Shown: positions 1 to 9,476 of the stretch, one piece after another | Numbering within the stretch: position 1 is the stretch's first letter | How the letters are laid out: each line of letters opens with the position of its first letter | Assembly: GCA_035717785.1 (NCBI GenBank) | Contig: DASTIG010000226.1 | Span: 4,037-68,036 of the forward strand | Length of the DNA stretch: 64,000 bases | Direction of reading: 5' to 3' | DNA from: Candidatus Limnocylindrales bacterium | GTDB taxonomy: Bacteria; Chloroflexota; Limnocylindria; Limnocylindrales; CSP1-4 | Notes under the pieces: model-generated | Seen by the model: the letters and a program-made list of their open reading frames with translations, nothing else | Told to the model about the DNA's origin: nothing | Databases searched by the model: none | Made by a program: the position numbers and the translations under genes

Positions 1-765
1 ACCGGTGTCATGAATCCGGTGGCGGAGCTCGCAGCGGCGATCCGGGAGGAGGTCCCCGACGCGCTGATCCTGGTCGATGCGGTGTCGAGCCTCGGGGCCG
101 TGCCGTTCGAGATGGACGCGTGGGGCGTCGACGTGGTCGTGACCGGATCGCAGAAGGCGTGGATGTCGGCGCCCGGGCTGTCGATGATCGCGGCTTCACC
201 GCGCGGCTGGGCGGCGATGGAGCACGCGAAGATGCCGCGCTTCTACCTCGACCTCCGATCCCACCGTGACGCGGCGGTGGGTGGGGAGACCCCCTTCACG
301 CCGGCGATCGCGGTCGTGTACCAGGTCGACGAGGGCCTGCGCCTCATGGGCGAGGAGGGTCCCGAGCGGATCTTCGCGCGCCACGAGGCGTGCGCCGCGG
401 CGACCCGGGCGGGCCTGGCCGCACTCGGCTTCGAGCTGTTTGCCGACGCGCGCCACTACTCAAGGACCGTCACCGCCGCAACCGTCCCCGACGGCCTCGA
501 CTGGAAGTCGTTCAACGGCGCACTCAAGAAGCGCGGCCTCGTGCTGGCCGGTGGCCAGGGCAAGCTGACAGGCAAGATCTTCCGGGTCGGCCACCTGGGC
601 TCGGTCACGCTCGAGGAGATCCTCGGCGCTCTGGGTACGCTCGAGATGGTGTCGCTCCAGCAGGGTCGGCCGGTCGACCCCGGAGCAGGCGTCGCGGCGG
701 CGCAGCGGGCGGCCATCGAGGGCGAGGGGATCGCGCGGCTGACGGTGGCCGGGACCAGCGCGTGA
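1..765 (+). CDS. Class-V (AGXT/SerC-like) PLP-dependent aminotransferase, 5'-truncated by the window edge
   Basis: The frame of ORF 10..765 stays open to the window start. It carries the PLP-lysine context VVTGSQKAW and an AGXT-family C-terminal half. Its TGA stop (763-765) overlaps the GTG start of the next gene. Confidence 0.8.
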   Translation, partial: TGVMNPVAELAAAIREEVPDALILVDAVSSLGAVPFEMDAWGVDVVVTGSQKAWMSAPGLSMIAASPRGWAAMEHAKMPRFYLDLRSHRDAAVGGETPFTPAIAVVYQVDEGLRLMGEEGPERIFARHEACAAATRAGLAALGFELFADARHYSRTVTAATVPDGLDWKSFNGALKKRGLVLAGGQGKLTGKIFRVGHLGSVTLEEILGALGTLEMVSLQQGRPVDPGAGVAAAQRAAIEGEGIARLTVAGTSA

Positions 766-2351
766 AGGTCCTCGTCGCCGAGCCGGTCGCGCAGGAGGGC
801 ATCGACCTCATCGCCGCGCACCACGAGGTCGACGAGCGGATCGGCTGCACCCGGGACGAGCTGGCCGCCATCCTGCCGGAATACGACGCGCTGATCGTCC
901 GCAGCCAGGTCGACGTGGACGCCGACCTGATCGCCGCCGGCGCCCGGCTCATCGTCATCGGGCGTGCCGGGGTCGGCGTCGACAACGTCGACCTCGAGGC
1001 GGCCACGCGGGCCGGCATCACGGTCGTCAACGCCCCAACCGGCAATACGATCGCGGCCGCCGAGCACACCCTGGCTTTGCTGTACGGTGTGGCGCGCAAG
1101 ACCGCCGCCGCCGATGCGAGCCTGCGACGCGGGGAGTGGAAGCGTTCGGAGTTCACCGGTCTGGAGCTGCGCGGGCGCACGCTCGGGATCATCGGGCTCG
1201 GCAAGATCGGACAGGCGATCGCCGACCGGGCGCGTGCGATGGAGATGGTCGTCCTGGGCGCCGATCCGTACGTGACTCCGGAACAGGCGGGCAACCACGG
1301 CGTCGAGCTCATGGACCTGGCGATGCTCCTGGCACGCGCCGATGTGATCACCGTCCACGTCCCGCTGACGCGGGCGACCCGCAACCTGATCGGCAAGGCC
1401 GAGATCGGTCAGATGCGTCCGGGCTCGATCATCATCAACGTGGCGCGGGGCGGGATCGTCAACGAGGCCGCGGTCGCCGATGCACTGGCCTCCGGACAGC
1501 TCGCCGGGGCCGGCTTCGACGTCTTCGAGCACGAGCCGCCGACCGACAGCCCATTGCTGGCGGCACCGAACACGCTGCTGACCCCGCATCTCGGTGCCTC
1601 GACCGCCGAGGCACAGGTGCTGGTGGCCGAGGAGGTTGCGGCACAGGTCCTCGACGTCCTGGAGGGCCGTAGCGCCCGGTACGCCGTCAACGCGCCGCTG
1701 CTGACTCCTGAGACGGCCAAGGCGATCGCGCCGTACCTCCCGCTCGCTGAGATCCTGGGCCGCTTCTTCGCGCAGTTCTCGCGCGGCGGTGTCCGCACCC
1801 TGACCCTCGAGATCGCCGGAGCCCTTGCCGAGCACGACGGGTCGCCGCTCACCGCCGCGGTGCTGCGCGGGTTGCTCGAGACCGTGACGACGGAGCGCGT
1901 CAACCTCGTCAACGCCGGCGCGCTCGCGAAGGCGCGCGGCATCACGCTCGTCGAGCGCAAGACCCGCGACGCCGGCGCGTACGCCGCCCAGCTGACACTG
2001 TCGAGCGACGCGACACCCGGCGGCCGCGCCATCACGGTGGGTGGGACAGTCGCCGCCGGCGAGCCGCGCATCACGCGGCTCGGCAGCTACCGCCTCGACA
2101 TGGAGCCTGCCGACGTGATGCTCATCACGCGCCATACCGACAAGCCCGGCATGGTCGGACGGGTCGGGGCGATTCTCGGAGAGGCCGACGTGAACATCAG
2201 CGCGATGCATCTCGCGCGCACGCGCCCGCGCGAGGACGCCCTCATGATCCTGGCGCTCGATGACGACGTGCCAGACCGTGTCGAGGCGTCCATCCGCGAC
2301 CAGGAGGCCGTCCTGGACCTGTGGATCATCCGGCTCGGCGGCGAGCGGTGA
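762..2351 (+). CDS. serA: D-3-phosphoglycerate dehydrogenase, long form with ASB/ACT C-terminal domains
   Basis: GTG at 762 gives VKVLVAEPVAQEGIDLI, a typical SerA N-terminus. It has the Rossmann motif GIIGLGKIGQAIA and is 530 aa long. The 653-aa track ORF from 390 adds an R/G/P-rich stretch that overlaps the aminotransferase, so it was rejected. GTGA overlap with the upstream stop. Confidence 0.9.
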   Translation: MKVLVAEPVAQEGIDLIAAHHEVDERIGCTRDELAAILPEYDALIVRSQVDVDADLIAAGARLIVIGRAGVGVDNVDLEAATRAGITVVNAPTGNTIAAAEHTLALLYGVARKTAAADASLRRGEWKRSEFTGLELRGRTLGIIGLGKIGQAIADRARAMEMVVLGADPYVTPEQAGNHGVELMDLAMLLARADVITVHVPLTRATRNLIGKAEIGQMRPGSIIINVARGGIVNEAAVADALASGQLAGAGFDVFEHEPPTDSPLLAAPNTLLTPHLGASTAEAQVLVAEEVAAQVLDVLEGRSARYAVNAPLLTPETAKAIAPYLPLAEILGRFFAQFSRGGVRTLTLEIAGALAEHDGSPLTAAVLRGLLETVTTERVNLVNAGALAKARGITLVERKTRDAGAYAAQLTLSSDATPGGRAITVGGTVAAGEPRITRLGSYRLDMEPADVMLITRHTDKPGMVGRVGAILGEADVNISAMHLARTRPREDALMILALDDDVPDRVEASIRDQEAVLDLWIIRLGGER

Positions 2352-2370
2352 CGAGGCGAGCGGCGACCCG

Positions 2371-3192
2371 GTGAGCGGACCGCCCGGCGAGTCGATCTCG
2401 CCGCTCGTCCCGGACCTGCTCGACGCGACGCTGGTGCTCGTTCGGCACGGCGAGTCCGAGTACATCGTCGAGGGGCGCTTCCAGGGTCAGGCCGAGACCC
2501 CCTTGTCGCCGGCCGGGCTGCGCCAGGCGGCGCTCGTGGCAGAGCGCCTCGCACACCCGCACGACCCACCGGCGTTGCCGCTGCCGCTGGGACCGCTGCG
2601 CGAGGTCGTCCACTCCCCGCTGCGGCGCACCACCCAGACGGCCGAGGCGATCCTGGCCCGGCTCGACGCACCGCTGACCGCGCGACCCGAGCCGGGCCTC
2701 CTCGAGATCGGCCAGGGCGAATGGGAAGGCTTGCACAGGGACGAGATCACCGCACGCTATGCCGACACACTCGCCTCGTGGCGGCGCAGCCCGACCACGA
2801 ACTGGGCGCCCGGCGGCGAGTCGATCGCCGAGGTCCAGGGCCGCCTCCGCCCGGCCCTGGCGGCGATGCTGGCCCGCCTGGCGGTCGGCGGCGTGCCGGG
2901 CTCGCTCGACCGATCCCAAGTCGCGGGCTACGAGGACGCCCCGGCCACCCACCCGTGGTCGATCGTGGTCGGGCACGACGGCATCTTCAAAGTGCTGCTG
3001 CTGACGCTCTTCGACCTTCCGCTCGAACGGTTCTGGATGTGGACGATGGATCTCGCCGCGATCACGGTGGTCGAGTTCCGGGCCGGTCGCCCGGTGCTCC
3101 GCGCGCACAACCTCACGGGCCACCTCGCGGCAGTGCTCGACGAAGCGGCCCAGGAGGCCCAGGAGGAGCGCAGCCGGAGCGGCGCGCTCTAG
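2371..3192 (+). CDS. Histidine phosphatase family protein (dPGM-like; possible phosphoserine phosphatase)
   Basis: It has the LVLVRHGESE catalytic RHG motif and a downstream VVGHDG motif. The start is uncertain; GTG 2371 was chosen because it is the first start after the serA stop. Confidence 0.75.
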   Translation: MSGPPGESISPLVPDLLDATLVLVRHGESEYIVEGRFQGQAETPLSPAGLRQAALVAERLAHPHDPPALPLPLGPLREVVHSPLRRTTQTAEAILARLDAPLTARPEPGLLEIGQGEWEGLHRDEITARYADTLASWRRSPTTNWAPGGESIAEVQGRLRPALAAMLARLAVGGVPGSLDRSQVAGYEDAPATHPWSIVVGHDGIFKVLLLTLFDLPLERFWMWTMDLAAITVVEFRAGRPVLRAHNLTGHLAAVLDEAAQEAQEERSRSGAL

Positions 3193-3195
3193 TCA

Positions 3196-4245
3196 TCAGG
3201 CCGGTGCAGGTGGTGCTCCGCTGCCGTTCACGGGCGCGAGGATCGCTTCGACCTCGGCGTGGCCGGATGTGTCGTTGCCCTCGGCGCGGCTCGTCCGGCA
3301 GAGCTCGAGCGGTGTAAGCCCGGTCTCGGGGTCCCGGAGGTCGGGGTCGGCACCGTGGTCCAGCAGGCGTCGGACGCTGGCCGGGCGACCGTCGCTCGCT
3401 GCGGTCCGGAGCGGATGGCCGCCGAAGGCGGGGTCGGTCGCGTCCACCGAAACGCGGGCAGCGATCAGGCGGTCGATGACATCGAGACGCTGATGCTGCG
3501 CTGCCATCACCAGAGCCCGGACGCGTGCGTCCGGGGGCGTCCCCTCCACCAGCCAGTCGGTGACGTCACCGGCGGCAGCGGCCTCTTCGATGCCGTGGAC
3601 CACGGCGCCCGCCGCGATCAGCACGTCGACCACCGCCGTCATGCCGAACACGGCGGCGTGCAGCAGGGCCGTCCCCCCGGGTACGCCGCCGGCGTCGTCG
3701 CTCGCTCGAGCATCGATGTCGGCCCCGGCCTCGATCAGGACCCGAGCGACGTCTGGATCTCCGTAGCTCGCGGCAGTGATCAGCGGCGTCTCCGGATCAC
3801 CGGGCCGCCCGTTCACTGGGGCGCCGGCATCGATCAGAGCCCTCGCAACTGGCGCGGTGCGGTCGATATCGCGCCACTTGCCGCGCGCCGTGTCGTAGCG
3901 GAGCATCGCGACGTAGCCGAGGGGCGAAGCGCCCTTCGGATGATCGCCCCAATGCTCCATCGTCGTCCACGAGAGATCGGGCTCCTCCGCCAAGATGGCC
4001 CGGAGCCGGTCTACGTCGCGAGCGTCCAGGATCTCGCGTCGCTCGACATCGCGCTTCAGCTGAGCCCAGCTCGGGAAACCGTATTCGCGCGCGATGGCAA
4101 GCTGCGCACCGGCGAGTCGCATCGGAGCGGAGACCGCACGTAACCGCTCGACTGCCGGCGGCTCGCCCGCCTTGGCGGCGCGGACGAGTTCCTTCGCCAG
4201 CGTGCGGAGCTGGTCGAGATCAGGACGGGGTGGCAGCGCTAGCAT
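3196..4245 (-). CDS. Ankyrin-repeat protein
   Basis: Repeated ankyrin-like units are visible: TPLITAASYGDPDVARVLIEAGADIDA, TALLHAAVFGMTAVVDVLIAAGA and HPLRTAASDGRPASVRRLLDHGADPDL. The ATG at 4245 (MLALPPRPDLDQL) was chosen over the R-rich extension to 4386. Confidence 0.75.
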   Translation of the reverse strand: MLALPPRPDLDQLRTLAKELVRAAKAGEPPAVERLRAVSAPMRLAGAQLAIAREYGFPSWAQLKRDVERREILDARDVDRLRAILAEEPDLSWTTMEHWGDHPKGASPLGYVAMLRYDTARGKWRDIDRTAPVARALIDAGAPVNGRPGDPETPLITAASYGDPDVARVLIEAGADIDARASDDAGGVPGGTALLHAAVFGMTAVVDVLIAAGAVVHGIEEAAAAGDVTDWLVEGTPPDARVRALVMAAQHQRLDVIDRLIAARVSVDATDPAFGGHPLRTAASDGRPASVRRLLDHGADPDLRDPETGLTPLELCRTSRAEGNDTSGHAEVEAILAPVNGSGAPPAPA

Positions 4246-4419
4246 CGGACGACTCCTTTCGGCGGCCCGTGGTCCGCGAGCAGGCCTCAAGGAGATCGTC
4301 GGAGCAGATAGACGCGATCGGAGGTGGACTCGGTCCTGTCCGCGGACCCGGCGGCGCCCTCCGTGCACCGTGCCCGATGCTATCACGAGGGATCACTGCG
4401 CCCAGCACCGCCGCAGCCA

Positions 4420-6732
4420 CTAGCCTCGCCAGCGCCTCGGCCGGCGGCGACGACGCGTGAGGAGGCGGAGAAGCTGTACCCGCAGCCGTCGGTGGGCGTG
4501 GCGCAGAGCGGCCAGCCGCTCGTCGGCCAGCGACCGCGCACCGTAGGCGACCTCGACCTTCGCTCGCGCCACGGTCTCGAGCTCCGGGCGGACCATCGGC
4601 AGCTCGTCGGCGAGTGCGCCCGCGTACTCGTACACGGTCTGCGTCGGCCGCGGTCCGAACCCCAGGCGCGACGCCAGCCGCGACACGGAGCCGTACGCGT
4701 CGTCCGCGGACAGCGTGCCGCGCGGGCCGCGCCGCCACGCGACGGCGGCGAGCGACCCCACAACGACCGCGAGCAGCAGCGTGATCACGATGAACAGGCC
4801 GACCGGCGTCCGGTCCCCGGCCCTCCCGCTCACCGAACCGCCAGGACCCTGATCGATCTCGCCTCGCAGGGTCGGGATGGCCGGACCGCCCGAGCCGCTG
4901 CCCGACGGTCGCGGTGTCCCGCTCGCGACGGGGGCGCCCGACGGGATCGGCGCGAGCTCGCCCGAGCGCTCCGGACCGCCGGTCGGATCGAAGTCGATCC
5001 AGCCGTAACCCGGGAAGTAGGCCTGCACCCAGGCGTGGGCGTCGTGGGCACGGATAGTACGGCCGCCACCAGACGCATCGGGCTCGCCGGGGAGGAACCC
5101 TTCGACGAACCGGGCCGGGATGCCAAGCTCGCGGAGGAACACCGTCATCGTCGACGCGTAGTACTGGCAGAAGCCGGCCTTGTTCAGCACGAAGCACTCG
5201 ACGATCGAGGTGTCGACGCACGGTCGGTCGCTCAGGTCCGTGTCGTACTCGAACCGTGCTGTGTCGATGAGGGTGTCGCGGATCTCGATCGCCAGGTCGT
5301 ACGGGTTGTTCGACGGAGCGTTCTGGAGGATCTCGGAGAGCAGGGCGGTCGACTGCGGTCCGAGCGAGCCGTCGGGCAGCGTGTCCTTCCCATACAGCGC
5401 GACGATCTCGGCCGGGTAGTCCTGCCCCGCCGCCCGAAGGCGCTCCTCCGTCCAGCCGCCGTTCTTCTCGTCCGCTGTCACGAGCGTCGTCACCGTATAT
5501 GGCGCACTGGACGGCTCGCGCTCGATCCCGGCGAGGTGCCCGCCCGCGCCGATGATGCGGAGCTTGGAAACCTGGCTGATCGTGCTCGGGAGGCCAGGCG
5601 CGAAGATCTCGCGTCGGGCGTACGCCGGCGTGATGGTGGCCTCGAGAGCGCGTCGTCCGGTCAGGGTGACATGCTCGGCGGTGCCGGCCAGGACATCGGC
5701 ACCCGGGTCACGCGACAGCTCGGCCTGCTCGGCGCGCACCCAACCGGTGAGTCTGAACTGGTCGTAGTAGGCCGCCGCCAGGAAGGGCGGGAAACGCTCC
5801 TCGGCCGGGAACTGGACGCGCAGCTGCAGTTGGTCGGTCGTGTTCCAGGTCAACCCGACGAGGGTGCTGTCGCCGAAGGTCGGCCCGAGCGAGCGGCTCG
5901 ACCGTGACGCCGGCAGGAACCGCTCGAGGAACTGGCCCCACTCGATGACCCGTGCGCCCACATCGGTCCATGCGCCGGCCAGCGGTGCCGACGAGGCCGC
6001 GTTCGTGAGCAGGAGCGAGCCGCTGATCGCCGCGATGATGAAGACCGTGCCGCCACGCAGGTAGAGCGCCGAGATCGCGGTGGGGTCGCCGATACGGCGG
6101 CGGAGCCAGTCGGACTGCTCGTCGAGCGTGTGGAACCGGACGAGCAGGAACAGGCTCGCGATCGAGAAGATCACGAGGAACGTCAGCTGGGGGCGCACCG
6201 TCAGCGCCATGTTCGCCAGGAGCAGCGAGCCCACGACCACGACCGCGTTGATCGGCCGCCGATGGCCGAACGCCGCGTAGCTCGCGAACTGCGACGTGGC
6301 CCACGTCAGGATCCCGAGAGCGAACAAGTGATGCCCGAACTGGATCGTCGACATCCGACCGGCGAGCGCGAGGTCGGACCATGCCTGGACGACGCTGTCG
6401 GTCGTCCGCTGGAAGAGCTCGCCCGGCGGGGCGCCGGTCGGAATGAGCGTCCAGCCGACGAGCAGCGGCACCAGCAGTGCGGCGAAGACCGCCCCGATGA
6501 CGTGCGTCTTCCATCGACCCCACCCGACGAGCGGGCCGACCAGCCCCGCCGTGACGCCGCCGATCGCCGCCCAGAACAGGAAGTCGGTGTACTCGTCCCG
6601 ACCGAGAACCAGCAGCGCGTCATCGAGCGACCACGCGAGGGTCGCGCAGACCAGCACGACCAGGCCGACCGTGAACCAGCCGTCGACCCGGCGCAGCGAC
6701 CGGAGCAGATCCCCCTCGGTCCGGGCGGTCAT
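4420..6732 (-). CDS. Transglutaminase-domain membrane protein (TgpA-like: multi-TM N-terminus plus transglutaminase core)
   Basis: N-terminal hydrophobic helices are followed by a transglutaminase core: Cys in KAGFCQYYAS, His in HAWVQAYF, Asp in GWIDFDPT. Its start overlaps the DUF58 stop by 4 nt (ATGA). Confidence 0.85.
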   Translation of the reverse strand: MTARTEGDLLRSLRRVDGWFTVGLVVLVCATLAWSLDDALLVLGRDEYTDFLFWAAIGGVTAGLVGPLVGWGRWKTHVIGAVFAALLVPLLVGWTLIPTGAPPGELFQRTTDSVVQAWSDLALAGRMSTIQFGHHLFALGILTWATSQFASYAAFGHRRPINAVVVVGSLLLANMALTVRPQLTFLVIFSIASLFLLVRFHTLDEQSDWLRRRIGDPTAISALYLRGGTVFIIAAISGSLLLTNAASSAPLAGAWTDVGARVIEWGQFLERFLPASRSSRSLGPTFGDSTLVGLTWNTTDQLQLRVQFPAEERFPPFLAAAYYDQFRLTGWVRAEQAELSRDPGADVLAGTAEHVTLTGRRALEATITPAYARREIFAPGLPSTISQVSKLRIIGAGGHLAGIEREPSSAPYTVTTLVTADEKNGGWTEERLRAAGQDYPAEIVALYGKDTLPDGSLGPQSTALLSEILQNAPSNNPYDLAIEIRDTLIDTARFEYDTDLSDRPCVDTSIVECFVLNKAGFCQYYASTMTVFLRELGIPARFVEGFLPGEPDASGGGRTIRAHDAHAWVQAYFPGYGWIDFDPTGGPERSGELAPIPSGAPVASGTPRPSGSGSGGPAIPTLRGEIDQGPGGSVSGRAGDRTPVGLFIVITLLLAVVVGSLAAVAWRRGPRGTLSADDAYGSVSRLASRLGFGPRPTQTVYEYAGALADELPMVRPELETVARAKVEVAYGARSLADERLAALRHAHRRLRVQLLRLLTRRRRRPRRWRG

Positions 6733-7985
6733 GAGGCGAGGACCTCGCCGAGTGGCGTGTTCGGAACGATCGTGTGGGCCTTGAGCTCATACTCGGCCAG
6801 CGCGTGGAGCAGCGCCCGGCGCCGCTTGGCCGCCAGCTCGTCGGCCGCTGGGTCGGTCCGGACCGTCGACCCGTCCTGAGAGGCTCGTGCCGCAGCTTCG
6901 GCTCGCGCGAACGCGGTCGCATCCGCGATCACCACGACGCAGCCGACGCCGCGCGTGCGCAATGCGGCAAGCGGCCGGATCCACGTGGGATCGAGCGAGG
7001 CCGTGATGACGACGGCAGTCATCCCGCGCCGCAAGCGGCCGACCGACCCGATGAGCGTCTCGACGAGCGGCGTGCTCGCGTCAGCGTCGACGGCCGCGAG
7101 CAGCTGCATGACCTTCTGGTGCTGGCGGCCCCCACGGTCGGCGGGCAGATAGGCGGTCCGCCCGGCGTTGACGGTCATCCCGACCGCGCGGTTCTCGTTG
7201 AGCGCCTTGTCGGCGATCGAGGCGGCCGCGCGGATGGCGGCCTCGGACGTCGATTCCTCGCCATGCCCGGTCTGGATGCTGCGCTGGAGGTCGAGGATGA
7301 TCCACGCATCGGCGGTCTGCTCGAGGTCGAACTCCTTGACCTGGATCTCCCCGTGACGCGCCGTCGACTTCCAATGGATCCGGTTCATGCTGTCGCCCGG
7401 TGCATACGGCCTGACGGTCGTCGCGAGTGGTGTGGTCTGCAGGGTTCGCTCGGGTGATGTCTGACTGCCCTCGAGGCTGGCGGACGGGAGGCGCCACAAC
7501 GGCAGCGGCTCGAGACGCGGATAGACGACGACGCTGATCCCCTGTCCGACGGTCGCCGCTGCCTCGAAGAAGCCGAACGGGTCGCCGGTCCGGATGTGGA
7601 GCGGCTCGATCCGGAAGTGCCCGCGGCGGGTGAGTGGCGCCCGGATGAGCCACGACCGTTCGCTCCGACCGCCGAGCGTGAGGGCGCGGCCAGGCAGGCC
7701 GCCGGGCAGCGTGGTCGGGTTGTGGATCTCAAGCCACGGCTTCGGGAAACGGCTGCTGTTGCGCAGCGTGTAGGTGACGCGCATGCGATCGCCGACGTGG
7801 CCGTGCAGCTGGCTCACGGCATACCCGGCCTCCAGGTCCGACAAGCCGAGGCGCACCAGGACGTACGACCCGCCGACCACGAGGATCCCGAGGTAGAGCA
7901 GGTAGAACAGGAAGTCGTAGCCGGTCGAGAACGCGGCGACGACGAGGATCGTCGCGAGGATGATGGCCTGGAGACGTCGGAACAT
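6729..7985 (-). CDS. DUF58-domain protein (vWA-like, MoxR partner)
   Basis: It has two N-terminal TM helices, the DUF58 signature MNRIHWKSTARHGEIQVKEFD, and sits next to a MoxR ATPase. Confidence 0.85.
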   Translation of the reverse strand: MFRRLQAIILATILVVAAFSTGYDFLFYLLYLGILVVGGSYVLVRLGLSDLEAGYAVSQLHGHVGDRMRVTYTLRNSSRFPKPWLEIHNPTTLPGGLPGRALTLGGRSERSWLIRAPLTRRGHFRIEPLHIRTGDPFGFFEAAATVGQGISVVVYPRLEPLPLWRLPSASLEGSQTSPERTLQTTPLATTVRPYAPGDSMNRIHWKSTARHGEIQVKEFDLEQTADAWIILDLQRSIQTGHGEESTSEAAIRAAASIADKALNENRAVGMTVNAGRTAYLPADRGGRQHQKVMQLLAAVDADASTPLVETLIGSVGRLRRGMTAVVITASLDPTWIRPLAALRTRGVGCVVVIADATAFARAEAAARASQDGSTVRTDPAADELAAKRRRALLHALAEYELKAHTIVPNTPLGEVLAS

Positions 7986-8024
7986 CGCGCCGGGATCTCT
8001 ACGCCGGACCCGATCGCCGCGTCG

Positions 8025-9032
8025 CTAGGCGCCGGGTCGTGTCTGGACTCCCGGGGTCGCCGGGCGAATCTCTGTCGGGCCACCGCCGGTCGGTCGGATG
8101 CCGTCGATCGGTGTCGTGTCGAGGATCTCGCGGACGACCTGGGCGGCCTGCACGTCATGGATCGACGAACTGGTCTTGATGATCAGGCGGTGGGCCAACG
8201 CGGACTCGGCCAGCGACTTGATGTCGTCGGGGATGACGTAATCGCGTCCGAGCAGGCCGGCCAGCGCCTGGCCCGCGCGGTACAGCGCGATCGAGCCGCG
8301 CGGCGACGCGCCGAGATAGACGTCGGGATGGGTCCGGGTCGCGCCGACGACGCGGACGATGTAGTCGGCCACTGTCGAGTCGACGTAGATCTCGCGGACG
8401 GCCTCCTGGAGGCCCCGCAGGTCCTTGACGCTCAGGACCTCCTCGAGCTCCTCGAGCGGATGGGTGCGCTTCTGCTCGTCGAGGATGACGATCTCCTCGA
8501 TCGGCTGCGGATAGCCCAGCCGGATGCGCAGCATGAAGCGGTCGAGCTGTGCCTCCGGGAGCGCGAAGGTGCCCTCATATTCGATCGGGTTCTGCGTGGC
8601 GATGACCAGGAATGGATCGGGCATCTGATGCGTGACGCCGTCGATCGTCGCCTGGCGCTCTTCCATGGCCTCGAGGAGCGACGACTGCGTCTTCGGGGTC
8701 GCCCGGTTGATCTCGTCAGCGAGGACGACCTGGCTCATGATCGGCCCGGGTCGAAACTCGAACTCCTGGGTCTTCTGGTTGTAGATCGACAGGCCGGTCA
8801 CGTCGGACGGCAGAAGGTCCGGGGTGAACTGGATCCGCCGGAACGAGCAACCGAGGCTGCGCGCGATGGCCTTGGCGAGGACCGTCTTGCCGGTGCCCGG
8901 GACGTCCTCGATGAGGAGGTGGCCGCGGCACAACAGCGCGACGAGCGCCAATCGGACTTCATGGTGCTTGCCGACGATGACGCGCTCGACGTTGGCGAGG
9001 ACCTTGTCCCCGGTCTCCTGGATCTTCGACAT
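8025..9032 (-). CDS. MoxR-family AAA+ ATPase
   Basis: Walker A is in [19 protein letters not shown] and Walker B in [24 protein letters not shown]. The 335-aa length is typical of the family. Confidence 0.9.
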   Translation of the reverse strand: MSKIQETGDKVLANVERVIVGKHHEVRLALVALLCRGHLLIEDVPGTGKTVLAKAIARSLGCSFRRIQFTPDLLPSDVTGLSIYNQKTQEFEFRPGPIMSQVVLADEINRATPKTQSSLLEAMEERQATIDGVTHQMPDPFLVIATQNPIEYEGTFALPEAQLDRFMLRIRLGYPQPIEEIVILDEQKRTHPLEELEEVLSVKDLRGLQEAVREIYVDSTVADYIVRVVGATRTHPDVYLGASPRGSIALYRAGQALAGLLGRDYVIPDDIKSLAESALAHRLIIKTSSSIHDVQAAQVVREILDTTPIDGIRPTGGGPTEIRPATPGVQTRPGA

Positions 9033-9257
9033 CGGCCTCTCTCAGGGGTCAGCGGTGCGGGGGACACCGCCGCGGACGGGCACGGGATGGGGGCGACGAA
9101 CCAGACTGTCGGTCGGTCGTGTCAACGGATACTACGTCGGCTCCGTCTTTTCAGTTCCCGTCGTATGGGTATCTGTGGGACGCGCCTGACACTCATGGCG
9201 TTGCGGCGGGGCCGAATCGTTCGAACTTGCGCAGCGGACTCCGATCGCTGTTCTCCT

Positions 9258-9476
9258 CTAGCCGCGGAACAGCGTCAAGCCACCGACCCACGCGGTCATG
9301 AGGCAGCCGATGGTGCCCATCGCGGCGAGGAACACCTCACCGCCGAGCCACGCCGCGACCGCGACGCCGCCGAAGAGGACGGCCAGGACGGCCGCGATCG
9401 CGGCCAGGCCGATCCGCTCGATCAAGGGGCGGGAGGGACGTGCCTCTGTCGCGTTCGGGTCGGACCCTTCGTCCAT
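9258..9476 (-). CDS. Small two-TM membrane protein, last gene of the fhaA-pbpA operon
   Basis: This 72-aa ORF has two hydrophobic helices, and its start abuts the pbpA stop at 9476. No family was recognised. Confidence 0.5.
   Translation of the reverse strand: MDEGSDPNATEARPSRPLIERIGLAAIAAVLAVLFGGVAVAAWLGGEVFLAAMGTIGCLMTAWVGGLTLFRG

Noticed and set aside
390-761. Longer SerA start (GTG 390); similar long N-terminal extensions for the GH38 gene (20352), potA (45421), the class-III aminotransferase (49468) and the zinc-ribbon protein (13496)
   Set aside because: The extensions overlap the preceding gene in another frame and are Arg/Pro/Gly-rich. Internal starts give canonical family N-termini, often with stop/start overlaps or Shine-Dalgarno sequences.
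456-2465. 669-aa minus-strand ORF opposite serA, and similar long shadows at 7596-9803, 27886-30141, 46806-49313, 22248-23963 and 40824-42275
   Set aside because: All lie antisense to genes with clear family motifs (serA, moxR/pbpA, valS, potD/potB, GH38, cyclase). All translate to low-complexity R/G/D/P-rich sequence with no recognisable motif.
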